From Tannerella sp. (GTDB lineage Bacteria; Bacteroidota; Bacteroidia; Bacteroidales; Tannerellaceae): a stretch of 64,000 bases of DNA. Made by a program: the position numbers and the translations under genes. Below the pieces are notes generated by a model. It had not been told where the DNA came from, did no database searches, and was given only the letters and a program-made list of their open reading frames with translations. Shown piece after piece: positions 1-8,694 of the stretch. Positions within the stretch are counted from its first letter, which is position 1; each line of letters opens with the position of its first letter. The stretch is taken from positions 667-64,666 of the forward strand of contig JAISXP010000088.1 in the NCBI GenBank assembly GCA_031270465.1, read 5' to 3'.

Positions 1-266
1 TGCAACGCCTCGATGACAACGGGAAATTGTCCGGGGTTTTGCAAATACAAGCCCATGTACGCACACGTTTCATAGCCAATCATGGAACTGTCCAGCAAAA
101 ATTCGGAGCCTTTGATAACTCCTGCATTCATCAGTTTCTGGATTCGCTGGTGAATGGCGGCTCCCGAAACATTACATTCCCTCGCTACTTCGAGGAATGG
201 TTTTCGTGCATCATTAGCAATCCGTTTCAGGATTTCTCTGTCTAATTCGTCCAATCTGTAATGCAT
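1..266 (-). CDS. Lrp/AsnC family transcriptional regulator (N-terminal part; the gene continues past the left window edge)
   Basis: Absent from the ORF track because it has no stop in the window. The reverse complement from the ATG at 266-264 reads MHYRLDELDREILKRIANDARKPFLEVARECNVSGAAIHQRIQKLMNAGVIKG..., a typical AsnC-type HTH. Track ORF 27..245(+) is its antisense shadow. Confidence 0.8.
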   Translation of the reverse strand, partial: MHYRLDELDREILKRIANDARKPFLEVARECNVSGAAIHQRIQKLMNAGVIKGSEFLLDSSMIGYETCAYMGLYLQNPGQFPVVIEAL

Positions 267-308
267 AGTGAGTATTTATTAGATGTTATATTTTCTTCAT
301 GCCGGTTG

Positions 309-316
309 CAAAATTA
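309..316 (-). promoter_or_regulatory. Bacteroidetes-type -7 promoter box (TAnnTTTG)
   Basis: Minus-strand TAATTTTG, 42 nt upstream of the AsnC-like ATG. Confidence 0.5.
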
Positions 317-420
317 GTATTTATTTTGGAATATATTTCCCTGTCCGTTTTTTTATGTTGTTTTTTTATCTTTTTTATGTTGATTCTTTCCTGTTGGCGG
401 CAGGAAAGCGCCGATTTTTA

Positions 421-540
421 TACTGCGCGCGGCATAAACCTGTTCATTGGCACAAGGGCATTTCCTGCCGAAAACCCTTGAATCTTTGAATTTTTGAACT
501 TTAAATTCAATACACAAAACCATGCCGTACACAGTATAAT
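421..540 (-). repeat. Copy A of a ~120-bp dispersed intergenic element with inverted-repeat ends
   Basis: The reverse complement aligns by eye with 35881..36006. Shared blocks are TATACTG..ACGGCATG.TTTTG.G.ATTGAATTTA.AGTT.AAA..TTCAAA and ATGAACAGGTTTAT.CCGCGC.CAGT. The ends TACTGTGTACGGCAT / ATGCCGCGCGCAGTA are inverted repeats. Confidence 0.7.
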
Positions 541-580
541 TATGTTTTGCTTTGGATTTTTGAGACTTTGAGATTTGCAT

Positions 581-616
581 AAAAAACGAGGTTGCCCTCT
601 TTCCGGACAACCTCGC
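581..616 (-). terminator. Rho-independent terminator downstream of exbD
   Basis: On the minus strand, an 8-bp stem CGAGGTTG/CAACCTCG (587-594 / 608-615) is followed by a T6 run (586-581), 26 nt after the exbD stop. Confidence 0.65.
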
Positions 617-641
617 TTCAATATTGTGAACGCACTCGATC

Positions 642-1109
642 TCAGTCAACTCGTTTTCTTGCGGAATAGCTGATTTTAAGCGCATAAGCTTTACGTAGCG
701 CCTGTTTGAGGTCTGTCACCAGTCCCATCTTTGTCTCATAATCACCTTTGATGGAGACCGTCATAAAGGGTTGGTCTTCCTCTTTCATACTCGATCTTTC
801 CTGTGCGATGTATGAACCGACTTCCGATACTTCGGCGAATTGATCATTCAACTGGAGGCGTGGCTCGGTACCCATTTTTGCCGCAAACTCCGATGTGGGT
901 TTACCGACATAGATGAACGTCACCAGCGATTTTTTCTCTAACTTCTGGAGTTCTGTAGCCTGAGGCACCCTGAACTGCACCTTGAGGGTCACTTCGCGCA
1001 TGGTCGTTACCATCATGAAAAAGAACAGGATTGCGAAAACCAGGTCAGGCAATGACGATGTATTCAATTCGGGCATTCCGCGTCCGCCCGCTTTATTAAA
1101 TTTTCCCAT
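642..1109 (-). CDS. exbD: Biopolymer transport protein ExbD/TolR
   Basis: 155 aa with a single N-terminal TM segment (LPDLVFAILFFFMMV) and an ExbD-like periplasmic domain. It lies in an exbB-exbD-exbD cluster. Confidence 0.85.
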   Translation of the reverse strand: MGKFNKAGGRGMPELNTSSLPDLVFAILFFFMMVTTMREVTLKVQFRVPQATELQKLEKKSLVTFIYVGKPTSEFAAKMGTEPRLQLNDQFAEVSEVGSYIAQERSSMKEEDQPFMTVSIKGDYETKMGLVTDLKQALRKAYALKISYSARKRVD

Positions 1110-1699
1110 TACTTTCTATCTCCATAGTTTTTAGGCTCGGCTTCCGATATCTTTTGCGGATAAATCATCTGCACCGCCTTTTGCTGTTCTTCTTGCAGTT
1201 CGGCAAAAGCCTTGCCCCATTTGTCTTTAGATACTTCATCGCGAAGTTCGTTGTATGCCGCGGCCAGTTCGTTCTGTACGTCAATATATTTCTGATACTG
1301 CGTACCACGGTCGTTCATCAGTGAAATGACATGCGGTTTGCTTGTCTTCACCAGTCCGAAGAACGGAACATCCTCTTCTACTCTTTCCGGCAGGCTCGGG
1401 TCGTCATCACGGTTCGCGATAAATTCTTTTGCCTTTTCTCTCAAATCGCTTAGTTCCACATATTCGCCTGCGCACAATACCTGATTGTATGTATTGAGCA
1501 GGATAGGCAAAATGTTCCTCTTCTTGATATCGAGTTCATCTTTTTTAGTCTCGTTATTAGGCGGTTGTGGCAGACGCCTTGCCAACCCCTGGTCGGTATC
1601 CATTGACGTCGTCAACAGAAAGAACAGGAGTAGCATAAACGCAATATCGGCAGAAGAAGTAGCATTTACTCCGGGAACTTTTCTTTTTTTATTACCCAT
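1109..1699 (-). CDS. exbD: Biopolymer transport protein ExbD/TolR (second copy)
   Basis: 196 aa. The N-terminus SSADIAFMLLLFFLLTTSM is typical of ExbD. Its stop overlaps the start of the downstream exbD. Confidence 0.85.
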   Translation of the reverse strand: MGNKKRKVPGVNATSSADIAFMLLLFFLLTTSMDTDQGLARRLPQPPNNETKKDELDIKKRNILPILLNTYNQVLCAGEYVELSDLREKAKEFIANRDDDPSLPERVEEDVPFFGLVKTSKPHVISLMNDRGTQYQKYIDVQNELAAAYNELRDEVSKDKWGKAFAELQEEQQKAVQMIYPQKISEAEPKNYGDRK

Positions 1700-1723
1700 T
1701 TTTCTTCCTCTTTTTTTTAATGG

Positions 1724-2197
1724 CTATTTTTTGAATACCGTTTTAATCGAACCCGCAATCATTGCCAATACACACAATATTAGCATTATGTATGCGGAAT
1801 ACAACCACATGTCGGATACTTTTAACCAAAAATCGGTATTGAAATGGGCTGAATCCACATTGATATTGGGCAACTTCGTTATGTCGCCGATTGCAAACGT
1901 GATACCCAGAAGGCCCACAAAGGCGATAATGACGGCTAATGACCCGAGAGCGGCTTTAGGTTTTGCCTTGAGGGACGACAGGAATTGAAATATTCCGAAA
2001 ATAAGCATCCCTGCAATCGTAATAATTACAAGCGCATAGCACCAGTACAGCAGCAGTGACGTATAAATCGGCGCTTTAATTTCTGCGGCCGGGTCTTCAA
2101 CTCCGCCCAGATAGAAAAAACCCAATACGACTACCGTGATTACTGTACAAAGGATTAGTATCCAGCTTGAAAATCTCCTTATTTTTGTTACGGCCAT
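1724..2197 (-). CDS. Hypothetical multi-pass membrane protein within the exbBD cluster
   Basis: 157 aa with about four hydrophobic segments. No motif recognised. Confidence 0.55.
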   Translation of the reverse strand: MAVTKIRRFSSWILILCTVITVVVLGFFYLGGVEDPAAEIKAPIYTSLLLYWCYALVIITIAGMLIFGIFQFLSSLKAKPKAALGSLAVIIAFVGLLGITFAIGDITKLPNINVDSAHFNTDFWLKVSDMWLYSAYIMLILCVLAMIAGSIKTVFKK

Positions 2198-2202
2198 GGC
2201 TT

Positions 2203-2940
2203 TTACTTTTGATATTTCACATTGTATTTGATAATTATGTCAAGCAGAGTGATGGAGGCGTCTTCCATTTTGTTCAGGATGGCTTCCAGTTTGCTCAACA
2301 GATAATTATAAAATACTTGCAGGATAAGGGCTACAATCAGACCGCCCACGGTCGTGATCAACGCCACTTTCATACCGCCGGCCACAACAGTCGGGCTGAT
2401 GTCGCCCACGCGTTCGATTTTGTCGAATGCCATCACCATACCTACCACCGTTCCAAGGAATCCCAGTGACGGAGCCATGGCGATAAACAGCGTAACCCAC
2501 GACAAGTTCTTTTCGAGCAGACCGCCCTGTACGCCGCCGTATGAAATGATGGATTTCTCCACGATGTCGACGCCCTGGTCAATTCTCAACAGTCCCTGAT
2601 AGGCAATCGATGCAATCGGACCTCTCGTATCGCGGGCGATGGCTTTGGCCGATTCCACGTCGCCTTTGTCTACAAGCGCCGACTCTATGCCTTCCAGCAT
2701 CTTTTTAACGTTAGTGTCTGCCAGATTCAGATAGATAATACGTTCCAGCACAAATGCCAAACCCAAAATCAATGCGATGGCAACCGTACTCATAAAGTCC
2801 GCACTACCTTCAATAAATTTGGTTTTAAGAGCCTGATGCATACTCTCACCTTCAATAGCAGCAACTTCCTGCGCAAACATGGCAACAGAAGTTCCAAGTG
2901 CGCACAATACCAAGAGTGTTTTTGTAAATAACTTTTTCAT
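2203..2940 (-). CDS. exbB: MotA/TolQ/ExbB proton-channel family protein
   Basis: C-terminal motif MAPSLGFLGTVVGMVMAFD...GGMKVALITTVGGLIVA. The start was moved to the ATG at 2940 (MKKLFTKTLLVLCALGTSVAMFAQ signal-like N-terminus) rather than the track start at 3015. Confidence 0.9.
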   Translation of the reverse strand: MKKLFTKTLLVLCALGTSVAMFAQEVAAIEGESMHQALKTKFIEGSADFMSTVAIALILGLAFVLERIIYLNLADTNVKKMLEGIESALVDKGDVESAKAIARDTRGPIASIAYQGLLRIDQGVDIVEKSIISYGGVQGGLLEKNLSWVTLFIAMAPSLGFLGTVVGMVMAFDKIERVGDISPTVVAGGMKVALITTVGGLIVALILQVFYNYLLSKLEAILNKMEDASITLLDIIIKYNVKYQK

Positions 2941-3030
2941 AGCGTTTGAAAATTTAATAAATAATTCAGTTTCGTTTTTTATTGTTAATAATTTAATTTG
3001 TTCATCTCTAATCATTTGCAGTATATACCG

Positions 3031-3118
3031 CGGAGAAAGCGGGATTCGAACCCGCGATACGCTTTAGGCATATACACGCTTTCCAGGCGTGCCTCTTCAA
3101 CCACTCGAGCATCTCTCC
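3031..3118 (-). tRNA. tRNA-Ser (anticodon GGA)
   Basis: The reverse complement is GGAGAGATGCTCGAGTGGTTGAAGAGGCACGCCTGGAAAGCGTG...GCGGGTTCGAATCCCGCTTTCTCCG. It has a 7-bp acceptor stem, an anticodon stem CACGC/GCGTG with loop CTGGAAA, a long variable arm and a GGTTCGAATCC T-loop. No CCA is encoded. Confidence 0.9.
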
Positions 3119-3275
3119 TTTTATAGTTCTTTGAGCATCGTCTCGAAAACGAGTGCAAATTACGTAAAAAATATACCATACCAACTTTTTCAGTGTACAA
3201 ATATCAGTTTTTTACTCGAAAGAAAAGGCAACTTAAACAAAAAAAATGCACCCCCGATGAAAATTTCTTTTTGGT

Positions 3276-4061
3276 TCATAAGCTATTCATTTGAATATTA
3301 AACAGTTCAAGAGTATTTTTTTTTGTGCCTTCTGCGACGCTTTCCAGACTGATTTCGAGGATGGAGGCCAGTTTTTTGGCCGTTTCCCACAAAAAAAACG
3401 GTTCATTCCGTTTCCCCCGGTACGGTGAAGGCGCCAGATAGGGGGCGTCTGTTTCCAAAAGCAGCATTTCGATCGGCGTACGGCCGATGATTTCAGGCAA
3501 GTGAGATTTTTTGAACGTCAGTATGCCGTTTATTCCTATTTTAAAGCCATTCAACCGCCTGATTTCGTCAAGGTCGGACTGTGTCCCGTCGAAACAGTGG
3601 AAGACGCCTTTCAGTCGGCCTGCCCCGACTTTGTGTATGGAGTCAAGCACTTCGGCAAAAGCATTCCGCGTGTGGATGGCTACGGGCTGGCGCAGGTCGA
3701 TGCTCCAGCGCAATTGCTCCTCGAACACGGCTTTCTGCTCTTTCAGACGGCTTTTGTCCCAGTACAGATCTATTCCTATTTCTCCAATTCCGCAATAATT
3801 CCATTGAGCAAGCGCCGATTCGACCGCTTTCAACTGTGCAGCATACGCATGGTCGACGCTCGTCGGGTGCAATCCCATCATCGGGAAGGCAAAACCGGGT
3901 TCCGCATCGCACAGTTGCAGCAGCGGCGCGATTGTCGATGCGTCGATGTTCGGCAACAGCACGGCTTCTATTCCCGATTCTTTGGCGGCACGAATCGTCT
4001 GTTCGCGGTCTCCGTCGAACGCATCCAGATATAAATGTGTGTGTGTATCAATTATCTTCAT
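3276..4061 (-). CDS. TatD family metal-dependent hydrolase
   Basis: N-terminus MKIIDTHTHLYLDAFDGDR and LLETDAPYLAP near the C-terminus. Confidence 0.9.
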   Translation of the reverse strand: MKIIDTHTHLYLDAFDGDREQTIRAAKESGIEAVLLPNIDASTIAPLLQLCDAEPGFAFPMMGLHPTSVDHAYAAQLKAVESALAQWNYCGIGEIGIDLYWDKSRLKEQKAVFEEQLRWSIDLRQPVAIHTRNAFAEVLDSIHKVGAGRLKGVFHCFDGTQSDLDEIRRLNGFKIGINGILTFKKSHLPEIIGRTPIEMLLLETDAPYLAPSPYRGKRNEPFFLWETAKKLASILEISLESVAEGTKKNTLELFNIQMNSL

Positions 4062-4070
4062 GCCTGGAAT

Positions 4071-5054
4071 TTATGATTCGCGCTTCATCAGGCGCCTGCT
4101 TACATCGCGTATGACGGTGAGGCGTTCTGCCGGTACGCCTAAACTGTCCAGATCGGTCATTGCTTTATCATAATAGTACGCGATTCTGTTTTCCGTCAGT
4201 TCCTTTATCTGCAACCGGTCGTACAGGGAGGTGATGGCCGCTATTTTTTCGGCGGGCGTAAAGTCGCCCGACACAGACCGGCAGTAACGGTTGATGACGT
4301 CTTTCTGTTCTGCGGATGCCTGTTTCAATGCATGTATGAGCAGGAAAGTCTTTTTGTTGCAGAGGATATCGCCTCCGATGTTTTTCCCGAATGTCTGAGG
4401 GTTTCCGTATACATCCAGTAAATCGTCCTGCAATTGGAAAGCCAGTCCGAGGTGCAATCCGAAACGGTACAATTTTTCTGCTTCGACGTTTGGCGCGCCT
4501 CCGACGATCGCCCCCGATTTGAGGCAACATGCCAGCAGGACGGCCGTTTTCAGACGTATCATTTCGATGTATTCGGCTTCCGTCACTGCTTCACGCGCTT
4601 CAAATTCCATGTCGAACTGTTGTCCTTCGCAGATTTCGATGGCGGTTTGTGTGAAAAGCGAAAGTATTTCCCGAAGATAGGGCTGGGGGGTTTCGCCTAT
4701 CAGACGATAAGCCGAAATGAGCATGGCGTCACCTGACAGGATGGCCGTGTTGCGGTTCCATTTTTTATGTACGGTCGGACGGTTTCGCCGGATGTCGGCT
4801 TCGTCCATCAAGTCGTCATGTAGCAGAGTGAAATTATGGAAAATCTCCAGTCCCAGCGCAGTCGGCAGGACTTTATCTACCGATTCGCCATACAAATCGC
4901 ATGTCATCAGCACGAATGCCGGCCGGATACGTTTGCCGCCGTTGGCGAGAGTGTATTTTATCGGGTCGAACAGCCTTTGGGCGCGACTCGCAAACACCAG
5001 CTGCCCAATGGCGCCGTCGATGACTTGTAATATTTGTTCAAATGACAGCATCAA
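4071..5054 (-). CDS. Polyprenyl diphosphate synthase family protein
   Basis: Contains both aspartate-rich motifs, LLHDDLMDEADIRRNRPT and QLQDDLLDV. Confidence 0.9.
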   Translation of the reverse strand: MMLSFEQILQVIDGAIGQLVFASRAQRLFDPIKYTLANGGKRIRPAFVLMTCDLYGESVDKVLPTALGLEIFHNFTLLHDDLMDEADIRRNRPTVHKKWNRNTAILSGDAMLISAYRLIGETPQPYLREILSLFTQTAIEICEGQQFDMEFEAREAVTEAEYIEMIRLKTAVLLACCLKSGAIVGGAPNVEAEKLYRFGLHLGLAFQLQDDLLDVYGNPQTFGKNIGGDILCNKKTFLLIHALKQASAEQKDVINRYCRSVSGDFTPAEKIAAITSLYDRLQIKELTENRIAYYYDKAMTDLDSLGVPAERLTVIRDVSRRLMKRES

Positions 5055-5080
5055 CCTCGCAATTATGTGTATACCACATT

Positions 5081-5110
5081 AAAAAAAGGTCGCACAAGCG
5101 ACCTTTTTCT
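5081..5110 (-). terminator. Hairpin terminator between the TonB-family gene and the polyprenyl synthase gene
   Basis: AAAAAAA-GGTCGC-ACAA-GCGACC-TTTTT. The stem is flanked by A and T runs, so it could work in either direction. It lies 47 nt downstream of the TonB-family stop on the minus strand. Confidence 0.6.
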
Positions 5111-5156
5111 TCGTAAATAATCTTTAATATCAAAATATTTATGGAAAACAAAAACC

Positions 5157-5849
5157 TTATTGCAATCTAAAATTAACCGGTATGGTAAACTTCACGCGTA
5201 CCGGTTTACCTCTCTGTTGGCCTGGTTGCCACTTCGGCATGGTACTGATCACACGCATAGCTTCCTTGTCGAGCGAAGCATCAATACCGCGTACGACCTC
5301 AATGTCTACAATGGAACCGTCCTTGTTTACGACAAATGAACATGTTACACGTCCCGCTATGCCGTTTTCCTGCGCTACAACCGGATATTTCAGCGCTTTC
5401 GTGATGAAACTCAACATCGCGGCCTGTCCGCCGGGAAATTCGGGCATCTTTTCTACTACCTGGAAAATATGCTGTGCGTCTTCTTCCTCTTCCTCCACGA
5501 CAGCAGGCGGAACGTATGTTTGCACTTGTGCATCTCTTTGGTTATCTTCCGAAGACAGGATGTCAACCTGATCAATGTTTGCATCATCTTCCACGATATT
5601 CAATACCTCTGCAACTTCCTGCACAGGTGGCGGCGGTGGCGGCGGTGGTGGCGGCTCGTTTTGCGTAGTCATTTCAATTTCATCCTCGACGATAATGTCG
5701 GCAATACCTTCATTTTTCGAGATGTTCAGTTCTTTTTGCCCCCATTCAAAGCCAACGAACAAAACGGCCAGGCCTACGACCAAACCCATCAAGAGACCAG
5801 TAGCTTTGGTCTTCTCCAAGTCTGCTTTAGACGATTTCTTAATTTCCAT
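5157..5849 (-). CDS. Energy transducer TonB family protein
   Basis: An N-terminal TM anchor, a run of 11 prolines, and a C-terminal TonB-like domain (PEFPGGQAAMLSFI...VVNKDGSIVDIEVVRGID...). Confidence 0.85.
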   Translation of the reverse strand: MEIKKSSKADLEKTKATGLLMGLVVGLAVLFVGFEWGQKELNISKNEGIADIIVEDEIEMTTQNEPPPPPPPPPPVQEVAEVLNIVEDDANIDQVDILSSEDNQRDAQVQTYVPPAVVEEEEEDAQHIFQVVEKMPEFPGGQAAMLSFITKALKYPVVAQENGIAGRVTCSFVVNKDGSIVDIEVVRGIDASLDKEAMRVISTMPKWQPGQQRGKPVRVKFTIPVNFRLQ

Positions 5850-5884
5850 AGCTTTTCTAATTATATAAATGTTCTACTCGGTAG

Positions 5885-5892
5885 CAAAGATA
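5885..5892 (-). promoter_or_regulatory. Bacteroidetes-type -7 promoter box (TAnnTTTG)
   Basis: Minus-strand TATCTTTG, 35 nt upstream of the TonB-family ATG. Confidence 0.5.
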
Positions 5893-6065
5893 TGAATAAA
5901 TTTAATCCGATGTACGGAAAAATGAAAAAAAAATTGTGATTTCACTTTTTTTTAGAAATAAAAAAAGAGGAAACCGGATATACCTTTTTCAGGATTTCTT
6001 CGTTATTGATATAATCGACGGCATGCATGCGGTCGCAATAATGCGTGCTTTTGCGCGTTTTATGA

Positions 6066-7082
6066 TTGGAAATGAGGATGAAACATATAAGATCGACTGT
6101 TTTTTTGTGGCTGTTTCCACTGCTGCTTTGGGCGCAGGAAGGCGACCGGGTATTTGCGTTTTTGCGCTATCCGTCGTCTTCGCACATCAATGCTCTGGGA
6201 GGACATTCCGTTTCGCTGATAGCGCGCGACCCTTCGCTGATTTTCCACAATCCGGCATTGCTGGGTGGCGAAATGGATGGAATGGCGAATTTGAATTACA
6301 TGAATTACTATTCGGATATCAACGTGGGTAGCGTCGCTTTTACGAAAGCGCTCGGCGAAAGAAGTGCGTGGGGTGCAGGAGCAGCCTTCATCAACTACGG
6401 TAACATGAAGGAGGTAAGCGCCGAAAATGCGGTTTTGGGAAGTTTTTCGGCCAAAGATTTGAGCGTAAACGGATTTTTTTCGTATGACCTGACGGATAGC
6501 TGGCGTGGAGGCGTTTCGCTCAAAGTGCTTTACTCGAATCTTGCCGAGTATACGTCGTTCGGCATTGCCGTCGATGCGGGACTGAGTTATTACGATCCGG
6601 AAAGGGAGTTTTCGTACGGACTGGTTATAAAGAATGTCGGGGCGCAGTTGAAAGGATATGATTCCCGGCGCGAAAAAATGCCGTGGGATATCCAGACGGG
6701 AATCACGAAAAAGATGGCTCATGCGCCGATACGTGTTTCGGTGACGGCCATGTATCTGAATCGCTGGAAGTTCAAGTATGTGGATGCCACATTGACGGCG
6801 CAGGAAACGGACGACACGTTTGTGCAGACGCTTGCGAAGCATCTGGTTTTTGGCGTGGACTGGATTCCTTCCGAAAACTTTTGGCTTGGGGCAGGGTTTA
6901 ATCCGAAGACCGGCTTGGATATGAAATTGCGGGACGGTGGAAACGGTTTGAGCGGCTTTTCCATGGGCGCAGGCCTGAAAGTCAGCCGTTTTGATGTGAG
7001 CGCTTCCGCGGCGCGCCATCATCCGTCGGCCTATTCGCTGATGTTGAGCGTTTCAACGACCCTGTTCGGTTCCGAACCTTGA
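6066..7082 (+). CDS. porQ: Type IX secretion system protein PorQ-like (outer-membrane beta-barrel)
   Basis: Signal peptide, then FAFLRYPSSSHINALGGHSVSLIARDPSLIFHNPALLG, which matches my recollection of the PorQ N-terminal motif. The position directly upstream of cmk matches the arrangement I recall for Porphyromonas. An alternative start is the ATG at 6078. Confidence 0.65.
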   Translation: MEMRMKHIRSTVFLWLFPLLLWAQEGDRVFAFLRYPSSSHINALGGHSVSLIARDPSLIFHNPALLGGEMDGMANLNYMNYYSDINVGSVAFTKALGERSAWGAGAAFINYGNMKEVSAENAVLGSFSAKDLSVNGFFSYDLTDSWRGGVSLKVLYSNLAEYTSFGIAVDAGLSYYDPEREFSYGLVIKNVGAQLKGYDSRREKMPWDIQTGITKKMAHAPIRVSVTAMYLNRWKFKYVDATLTAQETDDTFVQTLAKHLVFGVDWIPSENFWLGAGFNPKTGLDMKLRDGGNGLSGFSMGAGLKVSRFDVSASAARHHPSAYSLMLSVSTTLFGSEP

Positions 7083-7110
7083 TTTTTGCATATTATTTTA
7101 ATGTACGCGC

Positions 7111-7833
7111 GTGAAGAGAATAAATGTAGCTATTGACGGTTTTTCGTCCTGCGGAAAAAGTACGATGGCAAAAGACCTGGCTTGCGAGGTGGGCTATACG
7201 TATATAGACAGTGGCGCGATGTATCGTGCAGTGACGCTTTATGCGCTTCGGAACCGGTGTTTTGACGGCGACGGTGTGAACGAAGCAAAGTTGCGCGACG
7301 ATATTGCGAAGATAGACATTGCGTTTGAAGTGCATTCCGGAACGGGACGGACAGAAACATATCTGAATGGCGAGCATGTGGAAAACGAGATACGCAGCAT
7401 GGAAGTGGCTGCCCGTGTGAGTCTGATTGCGTCGGTGAGTTTTGTTCGCCGCGTACTGGTGGTCAGGCAGCAGGCGATGGGACGCGACAAAGGCGTGGTG
7501 ATGGACGGACGCGACATCGGGACGGTCGTGTTTCCCGATGCCGAGCTTAAAATCTTTGTGACGGCTTCGCCTGCCATTCGTGCACAGCGTCGCGTGGACG
7601 AGTTGAAAATGAAAGGAATGCAAGTCCCGTTCGAAGAGGTGCTGAATAATGTCAGGGAACGCGACCGGATGGATATGACCCGCAGGGAAAGTCCGTTGAC
7701 GAAAGCTGCCGATGCAATTGAACTGGATAATTCATATATGACCGTTCGGGAACAGCAAATCTGGCTGCTGGAACAGTTTAATCGTGTGGCGGGAAATACG
7801 GAAAGGTATGATCGAGGTGACGATAGACAGTAA
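7111..7833 (+). CDS. cmk: Cytidylate kinase
   Basis: INVAIDGFSSCGKSTMAKDLA...YIDSGAMYRAVT. Confidence 0.92.
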   Translation: MKRINVAIDGFSSCGKSTMAKDLACEVGYTYIDSGAMYRAVTLYALRNRCFDGDGVNEAKLRDDIAKIDIAFEVHSGTGRTETYLNGEHVENEIRSMEVAARVSLIASVSFVRRVLVVRQQAMGRDKGVVMDGRDIGTVVFPDAELKIFVTASPAIRAQRRVDELKMKGMQVPFEEVLNNVRERDRMDMTRRESPLTKAADAIELDNSYMTVREQQIWLLEQFNRVAGNTERYDRGDDRQ

Positions 7834-8683
7834 TTCGGGGTTCTGCTTCGGCGTAGTCAAGGCCATACAGAGCGCCGAGCGTGAACTGGAAAATACGGAC
7901 GAACTGTGCTGCCTCGGCGACCTTGTGCATAACAGCCTGGAAATGGAACGTCTGCGGCTGCTGGGACTCAGGACTGTCCGGCACGAAGACTTGCCGCAGT
8001 TGAAAAACCGTACCGTATTGCTCCGGGCGCATGGAGAGCCGCCCTCGACCTACCATCTGGCCAGACAGCATCACATTAAAATCGTCGACGCTACCTGTCC
8101 GGTGGTGCTTCAGTTGCAGCACCGTATCAGTCAGTGCTATCGTGAAACCGAAGGCGCTTCCGTTCAGTTGGTTATCTACGGAAAAAAAGGACATGCCGAA
8201 GTGAATGGGCTGGTGGGACAGACGGACGGTACGGCTATCGTGGTCGAGAAAATGGAAGACCTCGATATGCTTGACTTCGGGAAAGACATCATTTTGTTTT
8301 CGCAGACAACCAAGCCGTTAGACGGATTCAGGGAAATGGTGGACGTCATTACCCGGCGCGTTTTGCCCGGCGTGACGTTTCGTTACTACGATACGATATG
8401 CCGTCAGGTTGCCAATAGGTTGCCCGGTATCCGGGCGTTTGCGGCAAGGCACGACAGGATATATTTTGTTGCAGGAAAGCAAAGTTCGAACGGCAGGATA
8501 CTGTTCGAGGAATGTCGCCGCGCCAATCCGGACGTGATTTTCATCACCGAAGCCGCCGAAATCACCGAGCCGCTACCGCCGGGCATCCGCAGCGTGGGCA
8601 TCTGCGGCGCCACCTCGACACCCAAATGGCTGATGGAGGAGGTGGAGAAGCGGATACGGGAGATTATACTGTGTATGAAATGA
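7808..8683 (+). CDS. ispH: 4-hydroxy-3-methylbut-2-enyl diphosphate reductase
   Basis: MIEVTIDSNSGFCFGVVKAI...LVHN...TCPVV...SSNG. The start was set at the ATG at 7808, which overlaps the cmk 3' end by 26 nt. Confidence 0.9.
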   Translation: MIEVTIDSNSGFCFGVVKAIQSAERELENTDELCCLGDLVHNSLEMERLRLLGLRTVRHEDLPQLKNRTVLLRAHGEPPSTYHLARQHHIKIVDATCPVVLQLQHRISQCYRETEGASVQLVIYGKKGHAEVNGLVGQTDGTAIVVEKMEDLDMLDFGKDIILFSQTTKPLDGFREMVDVITRRVLPGVTFRYYDTICRQVANRLPGIRAFAARHDRIYFVAGKQSSNGRILFEECRRANPDVIFITEAAEITEPLPPGIRSVGICGATSTPKWLMEEVEKRIREIILCMK

Positions 8684-8694
8684 TTTGTTTTCTT

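Noticed and set aside
27-245. A 72-aa plus-strand ORF at the left edge.
   Set aside because: It is antisense to the clearly recognisable AsnC/Lrp regulator reading frame (1..266, minus).
6060-7022. A 320-aa minus-strand ORF.
   Set aside because: It is an antisense shadow of the PorQ-like gene, Arg/His-rich and without motifs. The same judgement applies to other long antisense ORFs in GC-rich genes: 12503..13345, 14133..14897, 20303..21133, 22313..23017, 32960..33973, 40262..41152, 41277..42227, 44610..45497, 52387..53283, 54116..54961, 56068..56865 and 59858..61258.
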